From positions 16,024 to 80,023 of the forward strand of contig CAYJRA010000002.1 of NCBI GenBank assembly GCA_964372465.1: a stretch of DNA of 64,000 bases, in the 5' to 3' direction. A model generated the notes under the pieces. It did no database searches, was not told where the DNA came from, and saw only the letters and a list, made by a program, of their open reading frames with translations. The stretch is from an uncultured archaeon. GTDB lineage: Archaea > Aenigmatarchaeota > Aenigmatarchaeia > CG10238-14. Below are positions 63,527-64,000 of this stretch, piece after piece (within the stretch, counting starts at the first letter, position 1; every line of letters starts with the position of its first letter). Position numbers and translations under genes: made by a program.

Positions 63527-64000
63527 ATGAGTGAGTTTAAAGAATTGTTGGTTGAAAGGATAGTTGACGCATTGGACTCATACGGATTTGATAGTTTCAC
63601 ATATCACAGCTGCTTTGATATTCTTGCAAAAAAGGATAAAATGATTGTAATAAAGGCATTGACCAATATAGACTCATTAAGCAAAGAAATGGCTGCCAAT
63701 ATGAAAACAATTTCCAATTTTTTTTCCGGGTATGCGTTGACAATAAGTTTGAGATGTAATAACGGAAACTTATCTCCTAATATAATATACTCCAGATTCG
63801 GCTTGCCGGCAATAAGACCGGAATTGTTTGAGACATTGCTATCTAACACATTTCTTCCATCCATTTTTGCATTAAAGGGCAAACACACGGTTTCCATAGA
63901 TACGAAATTGCTGAGACGAGATAGATTGAAGAGAAGTTTGACACTAAAGTCTTTGAGTGAGATTGCGGAGATATCGAAGAAATCACTTTATGAAATAGAG
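63527..64000 (+). CDS. putative archaeal transcriptional regulator (N-terminal domain plus start of an HTH); 3' end outside the window
   Basis: Open frame from ATG 63527 to the window end: MSEFKELLVERIVDALDSYGFDSF...SLTLKSLSEIAEISKKSLYEIE, XRE-type HTH beginning. Absent from the ORF track because there is no stop. Confidence 0.6.
   Translation, partial: MSEFKELLVERIVDALDSYGFDSFTYHSCFDILAKKDKMIVIKALTNIDSLSKEMAANMKTISNFFSGYALTISLRCNNGNLSPNIIYSRFGLPAIRPELFETLLSNTFLPSIFALKGKHTVSIDTKLLRRDRLKRSLTLKSLSEIAEISKKSLYEIE

Noticed and set aside
63604-63897. 97-aa minus-strand ORF near the window end
   Set aside because: It lies antisense to a longer open frame (63527 to the window end) that has regulator-like sequence and begins just after the tRNA.
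1-64000. CRISPR arrays, rRNA genes, transposases, integrases and prophage genes
   Set aside because: By eye I found no regularly spaced 25-40-nt direct repeats. I found no rRNA-like GC-rich structured stretches. No ORF carries DDE, tyrosine- or serine-recombinase or capsid/terminase-like motifs.

Overview
AT-rich archaeal chromosomal segment. The backbone is archaeal housekeeping: rpl30e-nusA-rps12-rps7-aEF2-aEF1alpha ... rps10, family-B DNA polymerase, Orc1/Cdc6, SRP54-FtsY-prefoldin alpha, rpl21e-rpoF-DUF655, Pus10-TrmY, Zn-ribbon plus aEF-1beta, RNase Z, MetAP2 and EndoIII. Bacterial-looking genes are mixed in: class II LysRS, bacterial-type Tgt, an E1alpha/E1beta/E2 2-oxoacid dehydrogenase operon, an MFS pump and a BlaI/BlaR1-like pair. 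I associate this mix, plus Shine-Dalgarno-led genes and many GTG/TTG starts, with small-genome DPANN-type archaea, but that is inference only. I call about 85 protein genes, including 5 small ORFs below the ORF-track cut-off. I also call one nonsense-interrupted aldehyde dehydrogenase, one Nudix remnant and 4 tRNA genes. All four tRNAs are interrupted, and three carry an extra insertion in the D-loop. I saw no rRNA, CRISPR array, transposase or integrase. Five candidates stand out for something new. (1) A minus-strand cluster at 33.3-37.2 kb encodes an ATP-grasp ligase, a QueC-like protein with a degenerate PP-loop, a ThiF/E1-like adenylyltransferase and a small HExxH metallopeptidase. (2) At 25.2-30.5 kb a BlaI/BlaR1-like switch faces a five-gene extracytoplasmic cysteine/histidine module, which includes a 73-aa secreted peptide ending in -GGC. 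(3) Six same-orientation copies of the 12-mer AACTCTCACTTT mark every gene boundary between 37.2 and 39.6 kb. (4) uS12 has both decoding-centre loops rewritten. (5) Two unrelated secreted proteins share a C-terminal tail module. All calls come from reading translations and motifs by eye; no database search was possible.
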